Source: a virus
IMG/VR virus record: IMGVR_UViG_3300037762_000038
Location: 257-64,256 of that record
Strand: one strand, 5' to 3'
DNA: 64,000 bases
The notes beneath the pieces were generated by a model that was given only the letters and a program-made list of their open reading frames with translations, was not told the DNA's origin and did not search any database. Shown in pieces: positions 26,584 through 35,332 of the stretch (its first letter is position 1; each line of letters starts with the position of its first letter). The translations under genes were made by a program, and so were the position numbers.

Positions 26584-28973
26584 GCGAGTGGCTCCGGATC
26601 AGCGAGCGGGTCGAGGTCGGGGTGGAAGAAGACGTAGTTGTTGATCACCGGGATTTCTGATGACGCGAATGTTTGAGTCACGAAGTCGTCGCCATACAGC
26701 AAGTTAATGATTGAGTCGTCCCCCACGGTATTCTCTACCACAGTGTGATATTGCCCGTACAAGGCCCTCAACGCGTCCCGAATTGGATTCCACAGATTGG
26801 CGAAAGCCCCAGCGTCGTTCGCTCCCAGCGCCGCGATCAAGCCGGGGCGTGCGGCATCATACTGATCACTGATATCGGACAGTTGCGCGATAAGTTGCTC
26901 GCGCAACGACCGGCGAGGCTGCCAGTTGGTACCCGACAAGTTCACCAGTTGGGTGTACTTGACCTGCCACGCCGTCGTAAAGATGACTGGCTCGCCAACG
27001 AACAGACTTGAGGGCAACGCTGCGCCAGCCTGAAGCGCTGAGAACAGGTTGGAAGCGGGCGGGGCGTTCCTATTCCGCGGCCCATGAATGGACGCAGTGA
27101 GGTTGAAGCTAAGTGCGGATGCCGCGTGGATCAGAATGAAGCCCTCCTCACCTTCTATGGCCGTTAACAAGCTAACGACATACCATAGGGGGGCGTCCTC
27201 GAAGTTCGACGACGGTGGAAGGTCCGCAAACAGCAAGTCCGTGCCCCAAGGTGCTTGCGAACCAGTGATCTGAGCAAACACGGGAGAGGGCACCCGGAAC
27301 AATCGCTTGAATGCCTGACGGTGTACTTCCGTGATGGTGAACCCACCACCGGGGTCTCTACTATCCGAGCTAGGGCCGTGCAATTCCCACGTCGGCGTGT
27401 TATTCAAAAGGGTCCTCTGCCCCCCGTCTCCGACCGAGAAACTGGGAAAGGACGCATAACCACCCGAGAAGCTGCCCGTGAAAGGAGCACCCGTAATTTC
27501 CACACGATGTTTTTCAATGCCGTCCACGTACGCAACGTCCGTGAAGGCCCCCGAACTGCGGTCGAAGCGTAGCACTGTAATTCGTCCGCGCATTGTTTCG
27601 AATATCTTAACGGGATCACTGTCCGTAGGACCGCCGAAGCCGGTCTCCACCTGAGTCATCAGGGTACCGATCTGTGGGTGGTCTAGGGTCCTCGTTGTCT
27701 CGCCGGACTCGTCAGGAAACTGGAATACTACGGCAGCATCCTGCTTCGCAGTGATCGCCACTCGCCCCGTCAGGTTCAACCAGTCGGCGGACACCGCCCC
27801 GTATGTAAGAGAGCTAAAGTTGCTGGGGTTGAACGCCTGATTGAACTGATCGAACGTGCGGTCCTCATGTGTCTGGACGGGGAAGGTCTCGGCGATCCGT
27901 AGCGTGTTCTCGTCCTGCACCGTCAATCGAGCGCACCACGTCGCATCCTCGATGCCACTCCACGAAAAAGAGCCGAACGTCGGAATCACTGGAACAGCGG
28001 CCGTAGTAGTGACCTTCACTCCATACAGCACAGGGCCGTTTGGCAGCGCGTACACGCCGCACGCCTCCTCTTTAAAAATGGCGTTATTGGCATCAACAAA
28101 CTCTTGGCGCGAAACGCCGCCCATCCATTGTAGGATATTCCCCGAGCCATCGTTTATGGCGATTGCTCCTACCCCCAACTCCGCGAAGCCCGCATTGCCC
28201 ACTACGAATGGACGCATATCCATGAGCTTCCCGCGGACTGATCCATCGAGAAAGCCGGGGCTGAGACTTGGAACAAGCCTGCGCACACCCACTACGAATG
28301 GGGCGATTCCAGCGTGAAGCACTACATAACCGTCTTCGAATTGAGATTCGCCCCAAAATGGGTTGGCTCCAGACAACGAGATTGGAGGGCGAACCCACAG
28401 CGCATAAAGTTCGCCGTCATCTCCGATCACCACTGAGCTTGCCGCTGACATGCTCGGAACCGCGGTCAGGTCGGGAGGCGTGTTCGATACATAGCTTGCC
28501 AGAGACACCGGCACCTCGAACGACTCACTAAATCCCATGCTTAGTGTGTGCACCACGAGCAGAGCCTCCGTGTGATGTCCACGTTCCACAAGGAATCGCA
28601 CCAAGTTCAAACGCTCGGTCATATTCTCGGGGAACATAGAGTCGTCATCCGTGTGAGTGAACACCATGTCAGGAATCTCGCCGGACGGGGCCGCGCTAAT
28701 GCCTAGCACCCCATGAGGAACAGAGACATTCACCGGGCCTAGAAACGATTGTAGGACCGCGCGCCCCAGTCCAAGGATGCCAGTGACAGCGCTGGTGATC
28801 CTGATTCGGTCGCGAAACCCGCCCCACCAGATCGTGATCTCTCGACCGCGCGGTAGATGGAATCGGCGCACGCCGAACGGGAACAGCTTCCTGAACCGCT
28901 CAAGCTGACGCTTGGCGAACGGCAGCAGCCACGCGGCAGAAGCCCCATCGATGTCGATCTTAGGTAGTCTCAT
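26580..28973 (-). CDS. large hypothetical protein (about 797 aa) translationally coupled upstream of terL
   Basis: Long ORF. Start is taken at the internal Met that overlaps the stop of the upstream ORF. Its own stop overlaps the terL start. No recognisable motif. Confidence 0.55.
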   Translation of the reverse strand: MRLPKIDIDGASAAWLLPFAKRQLERFRKLFPFGVRRFHLPRGREITIWWGGFRDRIRITSAVTGILGLGRAVLQSFLGPVNVSVPHGVLGISAAPSGEIPDMVFTHTDDDSMFPENMTERLNLVRFLVERGHHTEALLVVHTLSMGFSESFEVPVSLASYVSNTPPDLTAVPSMSAASSVVIGDDGELYALWVRPPISLSGANPFWGESQFEDGYVVLHAGIAPFVVGVRRLVPSLSPGFLDGSVRGKLMDMRPFVVGNAGFAELGVGAIAINDGSGNILQWMGGVSRQEFVDANNAIFKEEACGVYALPNGPVLYGVKVTTTAAVPVIPTFGSFSWSGIEDATWCARLTVQDENTLRIAETFPVQTHEDRTFDQFNQAFNPSNFSSLTYGAVSADWLNLTGRVAITAKQDAAVVFQFPDESGETTRTLDHPQIGTLMTQVETGFGGPTDSDPVKIFETMRGRITVLRFDRSSGAFTDVAYVDGIEKHRVEITGAPFTGSFSGGYASFPSFSVGDGGQRTLLNNTPTWELHGPSSDSRDPGGGFTITEVHRQAFKRLFRVPSPVFAQITGSQAPWGTDLLFADLPPSSNFEDAPLWYVVSLLTAIEGEEGFILIHAASALSFNLTASIHGPRNRNAPPASNLFSALQAGAALPSSLFVGEPVIFTTAWQVKYTQLVNLSGTNWQPRRSLREQLIAQLSDISDQYDAARPGLIAALGANDAGAFANLWNPIRDALRALYGQYHTVVENTVGDDSIINLLYGDDFVTQTFASSEIPVINNYVFFHPDLDPLADPEPLA

Positions 28974-29419
28974 TGCTTGGTCTTCGTGCTCGGTGCGTTC
29001 GCGAGCTTGTCCATCGCCTCGGCAGGGTCCTCTCCTACGACTGTGTTCTCGGCCGTTAACTCCGGCTGCGGCTCGGGCTCCAGCTTTGCGCGGGCGGCTT
29101 CCGCGAGCGCATTCTGCTGCTCGATTAGCTCCGCGAGGATGTCCACCGGCTTCTCGAACACGCGCACTGAGGTAAGTTCTGCCTCGATCCACGCAGAGTA
29201 TCGAAAGTGCTGAAGCAACGCGGAGATCGCCGCGCCAGCGCGCTTCGCCACCTCGGCCCGGTGGTCTGAGGTCTCGCAGTTCACGAGGTGATTAAGGCAC
29301 GTCGCAGCGAGCCCGGTCATGCGAGTGATCTCGCCGGCCAGTAGCTCCTTCACCCCCAGCAGCGCGAGCACCTCCTCCTCGGTGTAGTTCGATCTCACAC
29401 GCACTCCACCGCGCGCCAC
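28970..29419 (-). CDS. hypothetical protein (149 aa)
   Basis: ORF in the packaging-module leader region. Confidence 0.45.
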   Translation of the reverse strand: MARGGVRVRSNYTEEEVLALLGVKELLAGEITRMTGLAATCLNHLVNCETSDHRAEVAKRAGAAISALLQHFRYSAWIEAELTSVRVFEKPVDILAELIEQQNALAEAARAKLEPEPQPELTAENTVVGEDPAEAMDKLANAPSTKTKQ

Positions 29420-29772
29420 GTGCGCCCGAGGGTCTGGACAGTGCGTTCGGTGTACTCGTTCAGCGCCTCGGCAAGCTGCTCGGCCACATCGCGCATCGAG
29501 AGCGGGATACGCCGGGCCTTAGCCACGTCGAACGTGACCTCGACCCCGCGCGGGCCCTTGACGATCCGGTTCGCGCGCCCGGCCCAGTACAGGCCGCAGC
29601 ATACGCCGTCCGCGTCGATTAGCTCCAGCAGGAGCGCGGAGGCCGGATGCGGGTCGAACGTGACGATCTCGCCGTCGATGGCGCGCAGCGCCGAGTGCCC
29701 CTCGCGTCGCGCGCTGCTCTCCTCCCGGTGCGGTCCGAACGCGATCCTCCCTACCGTCGCATCGCTGCTCAT
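29395..29772 (-). CDS. hypothetical protein (125 aa)
   Basis: ORF overlapping its neighbours at both ends. Confidence 0.45.
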   Translation of the reverse strand: MSSDATVGRIAFGPHREESSARREGHSALRAIDGEIVTFDPHPASALLLELIDADGVCCGLYWAGRANRIVKGPRGVEVTFDVAKARRIPLSMRDVAEQLAEALNEYTERTVQTLGRTWRAVECV

Positions 29773-30506
29773 GTCTGGTCCTCCACTCGTGGTGTAATGT
29801 CGATGGTGGCACCGGCTGGCTGGGCCGGGGTCCCTGCGAATATGATCGACAGGTTAAACCCCGACCCAGCGCCGCCCCCCACCCCCTTCTCTTTCTCGGA
29901 CGGCTCCAGCCCAGCCATCTTAGCCGTCCACTTGATGATGTCCGCCCGCACCGCGGCCGGCACCTCGTTGTCAGTCGCGAGCGCGTAGCTCTGCGTCAGC
30001 AGGTCCTCGGCTTGGATTTTCGCCTTCAACCGGAACGTGACTCCCTTCTCGGTCAACTCCTCCTTATAGCGCTTGATCGTGCTGATGAACGCCGGCAGCC
30101 CGATCAGCTTCTTCGCCTCCTCCAGCCCCACCCCGTACTTCCTGAACACGTCCGATGGCGTGGACAGCCCGAGCGCGAGCGCGTAGGCGATCCTCGGGTC
30201 GAACGTCATCGCCGCGGCGCTCTCGGGCTCGTACCCCGGCGGCAGCAACTCCCTCAGCCGGCGCGCCTCTCGGACGTTCGGCGGCTCGCCCCGGCGCTCG
30301 AAGCCCTCCGGTACTGTCTCTTTCTTGACAATGACCTCGGGCAGCGGCTCGGCGAGCCTCTCGAAGAAGCTGTCCGCGGCCGGCACCGGCTCGGCGCGCT
30401 TCTGCGGCAGCGCCGGCCTTGGTGCCTCCTCCCCGTCCCCCTGTGCACCCGTGGTCATTCCCGAACTATACCTGTCAAGTTGTGGGCTTGTCAACCCCGG
30501 GGTCAA
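29769..30506 (-). CDS. first gene of the late operon, putative DNA-binding / terminase small subunit candidate (245 aa)
   Basis: Position: first gene of the packaging operon, immediately downstream of the repeated GGGGATAA boxes. Central helix-rich region. Assignment is by position only. Confidence 0.4.
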   Translation of the reverse strand: MTPGLTSPQLDRYSSGMTTGAQGDGEEAPRPALPQKRAEPVPAADSFFERLAEPLPEVIVKKETVPEGFERRGEPPNVREARRLRELLPPGYEPESAAAMTFDPRIAYALALGLSTPSDVFRKYGVGLEEAKKLIGLPAFISTIKRYKEELTEKGVTFRLKAKIQAEDLLTQSYALATDNEVPAAVRADIIKWTAKMAGLEPSEKEKGVGGGAGSGFNLSIIFAGTPAQPAGATIDITPRVEDQT

Positions 30507-30545
30507 GATTTTTACGGGTGCGGAGAATAGGGGGCCTAATCTCCG

Positions 30546-30632
30546 CAGGGGATAGGCGCTCGTTATACCCTACGGGGGATAATGTCAATTATATTAGGCA
30601 CTAAAGGGGATAACGCCAATTATAATTGGCAC
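30546..30632. promoter_or_regulatory. three GGGGATA(A) boxes including the perfect 16-bp palindrome GCCAATTATAATTGGC; candidate late-operon promoter/operator or packaging-protein binding sites
   Basis: Boxes at 30547, 30575 and 30606. Palindrome at 30614-30629 contains TATAAT on both strands. Lies 40-125 nt upstream of the first minus-strand late gene. Confidence 0.45.
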
Positions 30633-31023
30633 GGACCTGTCGTTCAGCCGCTGCTGAAACAAGGCCCGGGGGTGGAAATGTCGCTGGGGAGCTACTTGCG
30701 AATCTCCTGCCGGGGCGTCGCGGGGGCGAAAATACGGATCGGGATGCGAATCCTAATTGTGTTACTGTTGAGTTGTTTACAGGGCCCAAAAATTGCCCGA
30801 ACGTACACGGGACAGGGGGACAGGCGGGGGCGGGCCGGCGCGCGTTACCCCCAAGGGGGTCCACAGCGCAACAATAAAGCATGCTTATTGCTCTGCCTGC
30901 GCGCCGGAAACCGCTGAACAATCAAACAGTTAAGCGGTGGCGTGCGGGGGATGCGTAACACAATTACGCAGGCTTAGCCCGTCGCGTTGACACTTCGCGC
31001 GGCCAAGTGGTTGATTTGTTGAT

Positions 31024-31343
31024 ACTATCCAACAGGTATCCAGAGGAAATCATTAACTGGATAGTTGCTGACGCCCGGGGACTATGCGCACTATCCATAC
31101 TATCCATCTAAAAAAAGAGAGCAGCAAGTCTTTTTGTCTTGTGAGTTTGTCACACGGTTAGGCGGTGCGCGCATTCCCTTCCGCGTTTTCGCGTGCGCGT
31201 TCAGTTACGCTCTGTATTCCGCTGGATAGTACGGATAGTTGCTCTGCGAGGTGGCAACAGTCCAACAAAACAACAGTCTAACCACTATCCACCTTAACCT
31301 GTCATACACAGATTCCCGCCGGATACCCTCTGGATAGTTGCCC
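31024..31343. repeat. iteron-like array: at least 9 copies of TGGATAGTTGC / ACTATCCA (both orientations) flanking an AT-rich tract; candidate replication origin or regulator operator field
   Basis: Forward copies at 31058, 31223, 31233, 31332. Reverse copies at 31024, 31036, 31090, 31099, 31285. AT-rich CTAAAAAAAGAGAGCAGCAAGTCTTTTTGTCTT at 31107-31140. Confidence 0.6.
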
Positions 31344-31367
31344 GGAAAACCGGCCATTCTGTACAAT
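31338..31367 (+). promoter_or_regulatory. candidate early promoter (TTGCCC-N18-TACAAT) for the first plus-strand gene, overlapping an iteron
   Basis: Sigma70-like -35/-10 pair about 35 nt upstream of the 31402 start. The -35 lies inside the TGGATAGTTGCCC repeat. Confidence 0.4.
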
Positions 31368-31401
31368 GTAGGGCTCTACAACTTCACAGGGAGACCGCCT
31401 C

Positions 31402-31650
31402 ATGTCCGCATTACCACGCCTGACCGCAGCGCGCACCGCCGCTATCAAGCGCTTGAAGCGTGCCGAAAACAGCGCGCGCCGGGCCATTGCTCGATTCAAG
31501 GTCGCCCAAGGCGAGATTGCCGCGCTCGATATCGACCTTGCAAATGCCATCCATGCCGAACGCACCGGGGCGACGCGCCAAAGGGGCATAGAGCCCGCGC
31601 CTGTGCCGACGCTGCCGGGGCGCACCGGCCCGGGCCCGGACAAGGTGTAA
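31402..31650 (+). CDS. first early gene, hypothetical (82 aa)
   Basis: GGGAGA RBS 8 nt upstream. Follows a TTGCCC-N18-TACAAT promoter. Confidence 0.5.
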   Translation: MSALPRLTAARTAAIKRLKRAENSARRAIARFKVAQGEIAALDIDLANAIHAERTGATRQRGIEPAPVPTLPGRTGPGPDKV

Positions 31651-31758
31651 CACAAATAGATTGACCGCTAACCGTGTTACGTGCTAGCGTGCGGGCGGCG
31701 CTTCGGAGTGCGGGGCGCACCGGCCCGGCGGCACCGGGTAGGACTAGGAGCTAGGACC

Positions 31759-32223
31759 ATGAGACGACAACAAGTAACCGAGATTAACGCCGAGCTTCGC
31801 GGGCCCGTGCGCGAGCAAATGCTGCGGGACATCATGTGCACGGCGTTTGAAGGCGGCTGCAACTACTGGGCCGAAGCGCGGCGCGTGCAGCGCGGGGGCG
31901 ACGGCGGGACTGAGTATCTCAGCTTCGACCTGCGCAGCGCGGAAGATCGCGTCGACAAGCGGCTAGGCGCATGGGTGCGCATCGACCCGGACGCCATCGA
32001 GCGCGGCATGCAGCGTATCGCGGACAGTCGCAAGCCGGACGCGCCGCGCTGCAAGGTTGCGCCGGGCCATCCTTCGGCCAGTCATGCGGCCTGCGGCGTA
32101 TGCGATACCATCTTCGCCGCCGTGCTAACCGCCATCGCGGACCCGGAGGGCGCGGACCTTGACGCGGGCGATGCTGACTGCATCGTACAGGCGGCAATGT
32201 GGGGCGAGATCATCTACGGGTGA
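31759..32223 (+). CDS. hypothetical early protein (154 aa)
   Basis: AGGAG RBS. ORF with several Cys residues. Confidence 0.5.
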   Translation: MRRQQVTEINAELRGPVREQMLRDIMCTAFEGGCNYWAEARRVQRGGDGGTEYLSFDLRSAEDRVDKRLGAWVRIDPDAIERGMQRIADSRKPDAPRCKVAPGHPSASHAACGVCDTIFAAVLTAIADPEGADLDAGDADCIVQAAMWGEIIYG

Positions 32224-32314
32224 TGGTCTAGCGGGTAGCGCCCGGACGTGTTAAGCTCCCGGCGCTACACGGTGGGCCATCTGGCACGCCACAACCTGAC
32301 AGAGGAACAGCACC

Positions 32315-32539
32315 ATGAACCTGCAATTTATCTTCTCGCATCTGGCCGACTTCACGCTGGCCGTTCACGCGCTCGACGAGTACGCGCTACGCCTGCGCGC
32401 CGCTGCGCGACAGCCGGAGGTGCCCGAGGAGGAGCGCGAGCTAATGATCCAGAACGCGGGCAACGCCTACCGCATCGCGCGCGAGATGGAAAGCCGGAGT
32501 TTCGCCGCTGCTGGCGAGCCGGGCCCGGAGAAGCATTAG
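32315..32539 (+). CDS. hypothetical early protein (74 aa)
   Basis: AGAGGA RBS. Preceded by a structured intergenic element. Confidence 0.5.
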   Translation: MNLQFIFSHLADFTLAVHALDEYALRLRAAARQPEVPEEERELMIQNAGNAYRIAREMESRSFAAAGEPGPEKH

Positions 32540-32613
32540 CGCTCAGCCTGTAGCGCCCGCCGTGGGCGCTATGGGGTGCGCACTACAGGCACCTAACCAG
32601 AGGAGTTAGCACC

Positions 32614-33144
32614 ATGAGCAGAGACTTCTACGAACCGAGAAACGAAGCGATGCCGCGCACCGCGCACGACATGCTGCCGGGCGACGGATTCAGCACCGCA
32701 CAGGCGCGCAAGGCGGCGCACGCGGACGCGGTAGGACACGGCAGCGTGCAGCCGTGGAGCGCGGGCCCGCTGTTCCCGTGCGTAATCGCCACGGTGGAGC
32801 GCTACGAGACTTATCAGCCGTTCGAAGCCTTCCGCCACTATCAGGACGCCTATGGCTGGAGCGACGAGGAGACCCGGCGCAACTACGAGGGCTGCCGGGA
32901 TACGTGGTACGCGCTGCGGTCGCTCGCGTCGCGGCTGCAATCCACCTCTTACCTGCTGTTCGCCTACGGGCGGCGCGAGGAGTACGCGACGCGCGAGGAT
33001 GCTGAGGCGGTGGCGCGCAGGCTGAACGCGGGCGGGGCGGACCTGCACCGCTGGCGGCAGATCGCCGCCATTGAGCGCGCCGCGCAAGGGCTCGCCGAAG
33101 CGGACGAGATTGACCAGCGCGCACGCGACGCGGGGGCCCTATGA
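32614..33144 (+). CDS. hypothetical early protein (176 aa)
   Basis: AGAGGAG RBS immediately after intergenic element copy 2. Confidence 0.55.
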   Translation: MSRDFYEPRNEAMPRTAHDMLPGDGFSTAQARKAAHADAVGHGSVQPWSAGPLFPCVIATVERYETYQPFEAFRHYQDAYGWSDEETRRNYEGCRDTWYALRSLASRLQSTSYLLFAYGRREEYATREDAEAVARRLNAGGADLHRWRQIAAIERAAQGLAEADEIDQRARDAGAL

Positions 33145-33494
33145 GCCACGGCTACGAGTCGAAGCGCTTCTCTATGACGCCAGCGCAAGGGCGCGTGCTG
33201 TATCACGCCGAGCGCATTTTTCGCTCTGCCGGCGGGCCCGGGTGCTTAGCGGCGCAGACATGGCGCGACGCGTGCGCCGAGGCCGCGCTGCCGGTAATGG
33301 TGGATACATGGACGCATGAGCAGTGCATGCGCGGCCTGCGCCTGATCGAGTGGGCGGCGCGCAAGCATCGCATGCATCTGTTCCGCGACTGCTCGACCGG
33401 CTGGCAGGACTTCGAGCGCCGCCGCGCGCTGCGGGTGCGTGAGCCGGTGCGGGGCCCGTTCATCTGGTGGGCGGCGGAAGCCGAGCTACTGTAA
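33141..33494 (+). CDS. hypothetical early protein (117 aa)
   Basis: ATGA-overlapped start with the upstream gene. Confidence 0.55.
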   Translation: MSHGYESKRFSMTPAQGRVLYHAERIFRSAGGPGCLAAQTWRDACAEAALPVMVDTWTHEQCMRGLRLIEWAARKHRMHLFRDCSTGWQDFERRRALRVREPVRGPFIWWAAEAELL

Positions 33495-33571
33495 CGCAGC
33501 CTCTAGCGCCTGCTATACTGCGGGCGCTACTGGGTGCGCAATGGTGCGGACCATAACGAGGAGCTAGAGAC

Positions 33572-33754
33572 ATGGACGAAAAGCACGAAGTGCTAAGCAT
33601 CGGCCTCAATGGCAAAGGCGACGCCGTGCTGCGCGTGCGCGTTGCACGCGGGGCGCAGATCGAGGTAAGCACGAACACGGTTAGCTTTGCGCGGCTCGCG
33701 GCTGCGGGCGTGCAGGTGGTGAATGAGTACCAGCGCCAAGGGCCGAAGGGCTAG
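33572..33754 (+). CDS. hypothetical small early protein (60 aa)
   Basis: GAGGAG RBS after intergenic element copy 3. Confidence 0.45.
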   Translation: MDEKHEVLSIGLNGKGDAVLRVRVARGAQIEVSTNTVSFARLAAAGVQVVNEYQRQGPKG

Positions 33755-33829
33755 CGCTCAGCCTGTAGCGCCTGCACTGCGGGCGCTATGGGGTGCGCGT
33801 CACAGGCACCTAACTAGAGGAGCTACACA

Positions 33830-34174
33830 ATGCAAACGCCACAGGTTAACATCGGCACGCATCGCAACGGATTGCGCGGCATTCTTGACTCGCTGGACGG
33901 TAACGGCTTCGCCACGTTCAACGCGCTGAGCGGCGCGCGCTTCACGGTGCACAATGCCGAGGTGCTGCTCGACAGCGCGACGAAGGAACAAGCGAAAGCA
34001 ACGCGCACCATGTGGGCGACGTGGCCGCAGCACGGCGGGCCGCTGTCTATCAGGGTCGAACGCAAGCGCGGGCGCTCGCCGTCCCTGATCGTGCAGCGCA
34101 TGCCGCAGTCGCTCGCGCAGCACGTCAAGGCGACGCGCAGCATCAAGGCGAGGGCGAAGGCCACCATGCTCTAG
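33830..34174 (+). CDS. hypothetical early protein (114 aa)
   Basis: AGAGGAG RBS after intergenic element copy 4. Confidence 0.5.
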   Translation: MQTPQVNIGTHRNGLRGILDSLDGNGFATFNALSGARFTVHNAEVLLDSATKEQAKATRTMWATWPQHGGPLSIRVERKRGRSPSLIVQRMPQSLAQHVKATRSIKARAKATML

Positions 34175-34248
34175 CGCTCAGCCTGTAGGGGCTCTACGGG
34201 GTCCCTATGGGGTGCGCACTGAGGCACCATTACAGAGGAGCATTTGCC

Positions 34249-34428
34249 ATGCAATCGAAACGAGCAGAGAAGCAGCGCACGCTCGCACGCCGGGCGCAGC
34301 GCGAGATAAAAGAGCAGTCCATCCTGTGGGCGGTGCGCCGCATCGGCGAGTCACAGGCGGACTACGAGGCGCGGCTACACGGGCCGCTGAGCAGCTACGC
34401 GCAGCGCCGCGCGTCGCGGGGAGGGTGA
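34249..34428 (+). CDS. hypothetical small basic protein (59 aa)
   Basis: AGAGGAG RBS after intergenic element copy 5. Start chosen at the RBS-proximal ATG. Confidence 0.4.
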   Translation: MQSKRAEKQRTLARRAQREIKEQSILWAVRRIGESQADYEARLHGPLSSYAQRRASRGG

Positions 34429-34431
34429 GCC

Positions 34432-34635
34432 ATGGGCTACGATTACGACGACATGGACGACCGCAGCGACTTTGCCGACCCGGGCGGGCGCTCGGCGTTG
34501 CGCGCATCGTCGCGGCGCAATCCGCGCAATCTACCGTGCCCGACCTGCGGCGAGCCTAACAAGCTCACGCCGAAGGACCGCGCGCTGGGTTACCAGTGCG
34601 ACGCGTGCGCGGACAGCGAGGGCTTCGGACCATGA
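34432..34635 (+). CDS. small zinc-ribbon protein (67 aa)
   Basis: CPTC...CDAC four-Cys arrangement. Confidence 0.5.
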   Translation: MGYDYDDMDDRSDFADPGGRSALRASSRRNPRNLPCPTCGEPNKLTPKDRALGYQCDACADSEGFGP

Positions 34636-35006
34636 ACAAGCGCGACATGTTGTTAGGTGGGCCCGGGCTCGACGGCTACGCTTACCGCGCGGACGTGTAC
34701 TGTATTCGGTGCGGACAAGCGACCATTGAGGCGCTGCCGCGTGAGGAGTACGGCGAGCTAGAGGCGCGCGACAGTGACACAGTGCCGCAGCCTATTTTCT
34801 TCGGCGAGGCTGACACCGCGCAGCACTGCGGCGAGTGCGGCGAGTACATGTACGGGCCCGAGGAGGAGCCGGACCCGTTCGCTTGCACGGACCCGGGCGG
34901 GCACGTGTTCCGCTGCACCGGCACGCAGTACGGCGGCGACGACTCGCGCTGGAATGGCGAGGGCCGCAGCCTCTGCGTCCATTGCGGGCACGACGGCGAC
35001 GGCTAG
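34632..35006 (+). CDS. Cys-rich zinc-finger protein (124 aa)
   Basis: ATGA overlap with the upstream gene. Two Cys4-like clusters (CIRCG..CGECG; C..C..CVHCG). Confidence 0.5.
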   Translation: MNKRDMLLGGPGLDGYAYRADVYCIRCGQATIEALPREEYGELEARDSDTVPQPIFFGEADTAQHCGECGEYMYGPEEEPDPFACTDPGGHVFRCTGTQYGGDDSRWNGEGRSLCVHCGHDGDG

Positions 35007-35074
35007 GAGGTTCTCCCTGCGCATGCTCACGCGTGCGCAGCGGGGGCGCTCTTGCCCATCACAGGAGGTTAGTT

Positions 35075-35332
35075 ATGGGATACGTTTGCATGATCGACAA
35101 GGCTATGAGCGGCTGGGGCCCGTGCCGGGGCAAGCTGAATATGTACGTGATCCAGTGCGAGACGGGCGCGCAAATGGCCCGTATCGAGCGCACGGCCAGC
35201 TTGCGACGGGAGATGGTGCAGGTGCACCGCCGCTATATGCTCCCGAAGGACACGGCGCACCGGCTCGTAACGCTGCGCCAGTTCCATCAGGTGCCCGGCT
35301 GGCATGTTGACCCGGTAGGGCGGGACGCATGA
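35075..35332 (+). CDS. hypothetical protein (85 aa)
   Basis: AGGAGG RBS 7 nt upstream. Confidence 0.45.
   Translation: MGYVCMIDKAMSGWGPCRGKLNMYVIQCETGAQMARIERTASLRREMVQVHRRYMLPKDTAHRLVTLRQFHQVPGWHVDPVGRDA

Larger units (their letters stand above)
32229..34242 (+). promoter_or_regulatory. five copies of a conserved ~70-nt structured intergenic element (CTAGCGCTCAGCCTGTAGCGCC-loop-GGCGCTATGGGGTGCGCACTACAGGCACCTAAC..AGAGGAG) each immediately upstream of an early ORF
   Basis: Copies at about 32229-32300, 32537-32605, 33493-33560, 33752-33822 and 34172-34242. Nested inverted repeats (TAGCGCC/GGCGCTA and CCTGTAG/CTACAGG). Copy 5 shows compensatory changes (TAGGGG/CCCCTA). Confidence 0.55.

Noticed and set aside
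11437-30530. Other plus-strand ORFs across the structural module (for example 11437-12483, 12511-13458, 13382-14272, 20398-21471, 22085-22865, 24350-24778)
   Set aside because: All lie antisense within well-supported minus-strand genes that form a tightly coupled operon, and their composition is biased to Arg/Gly/Ala. Treated as artifacts.
30582-30921. ORFs 30582-30917 (+) and 30601-30921 (-) inside the control region
   Set aside because: No RBS and odd composition. They overlap the repeat and promoter elements. The region is more plausibly non-coding regulatory DNA.
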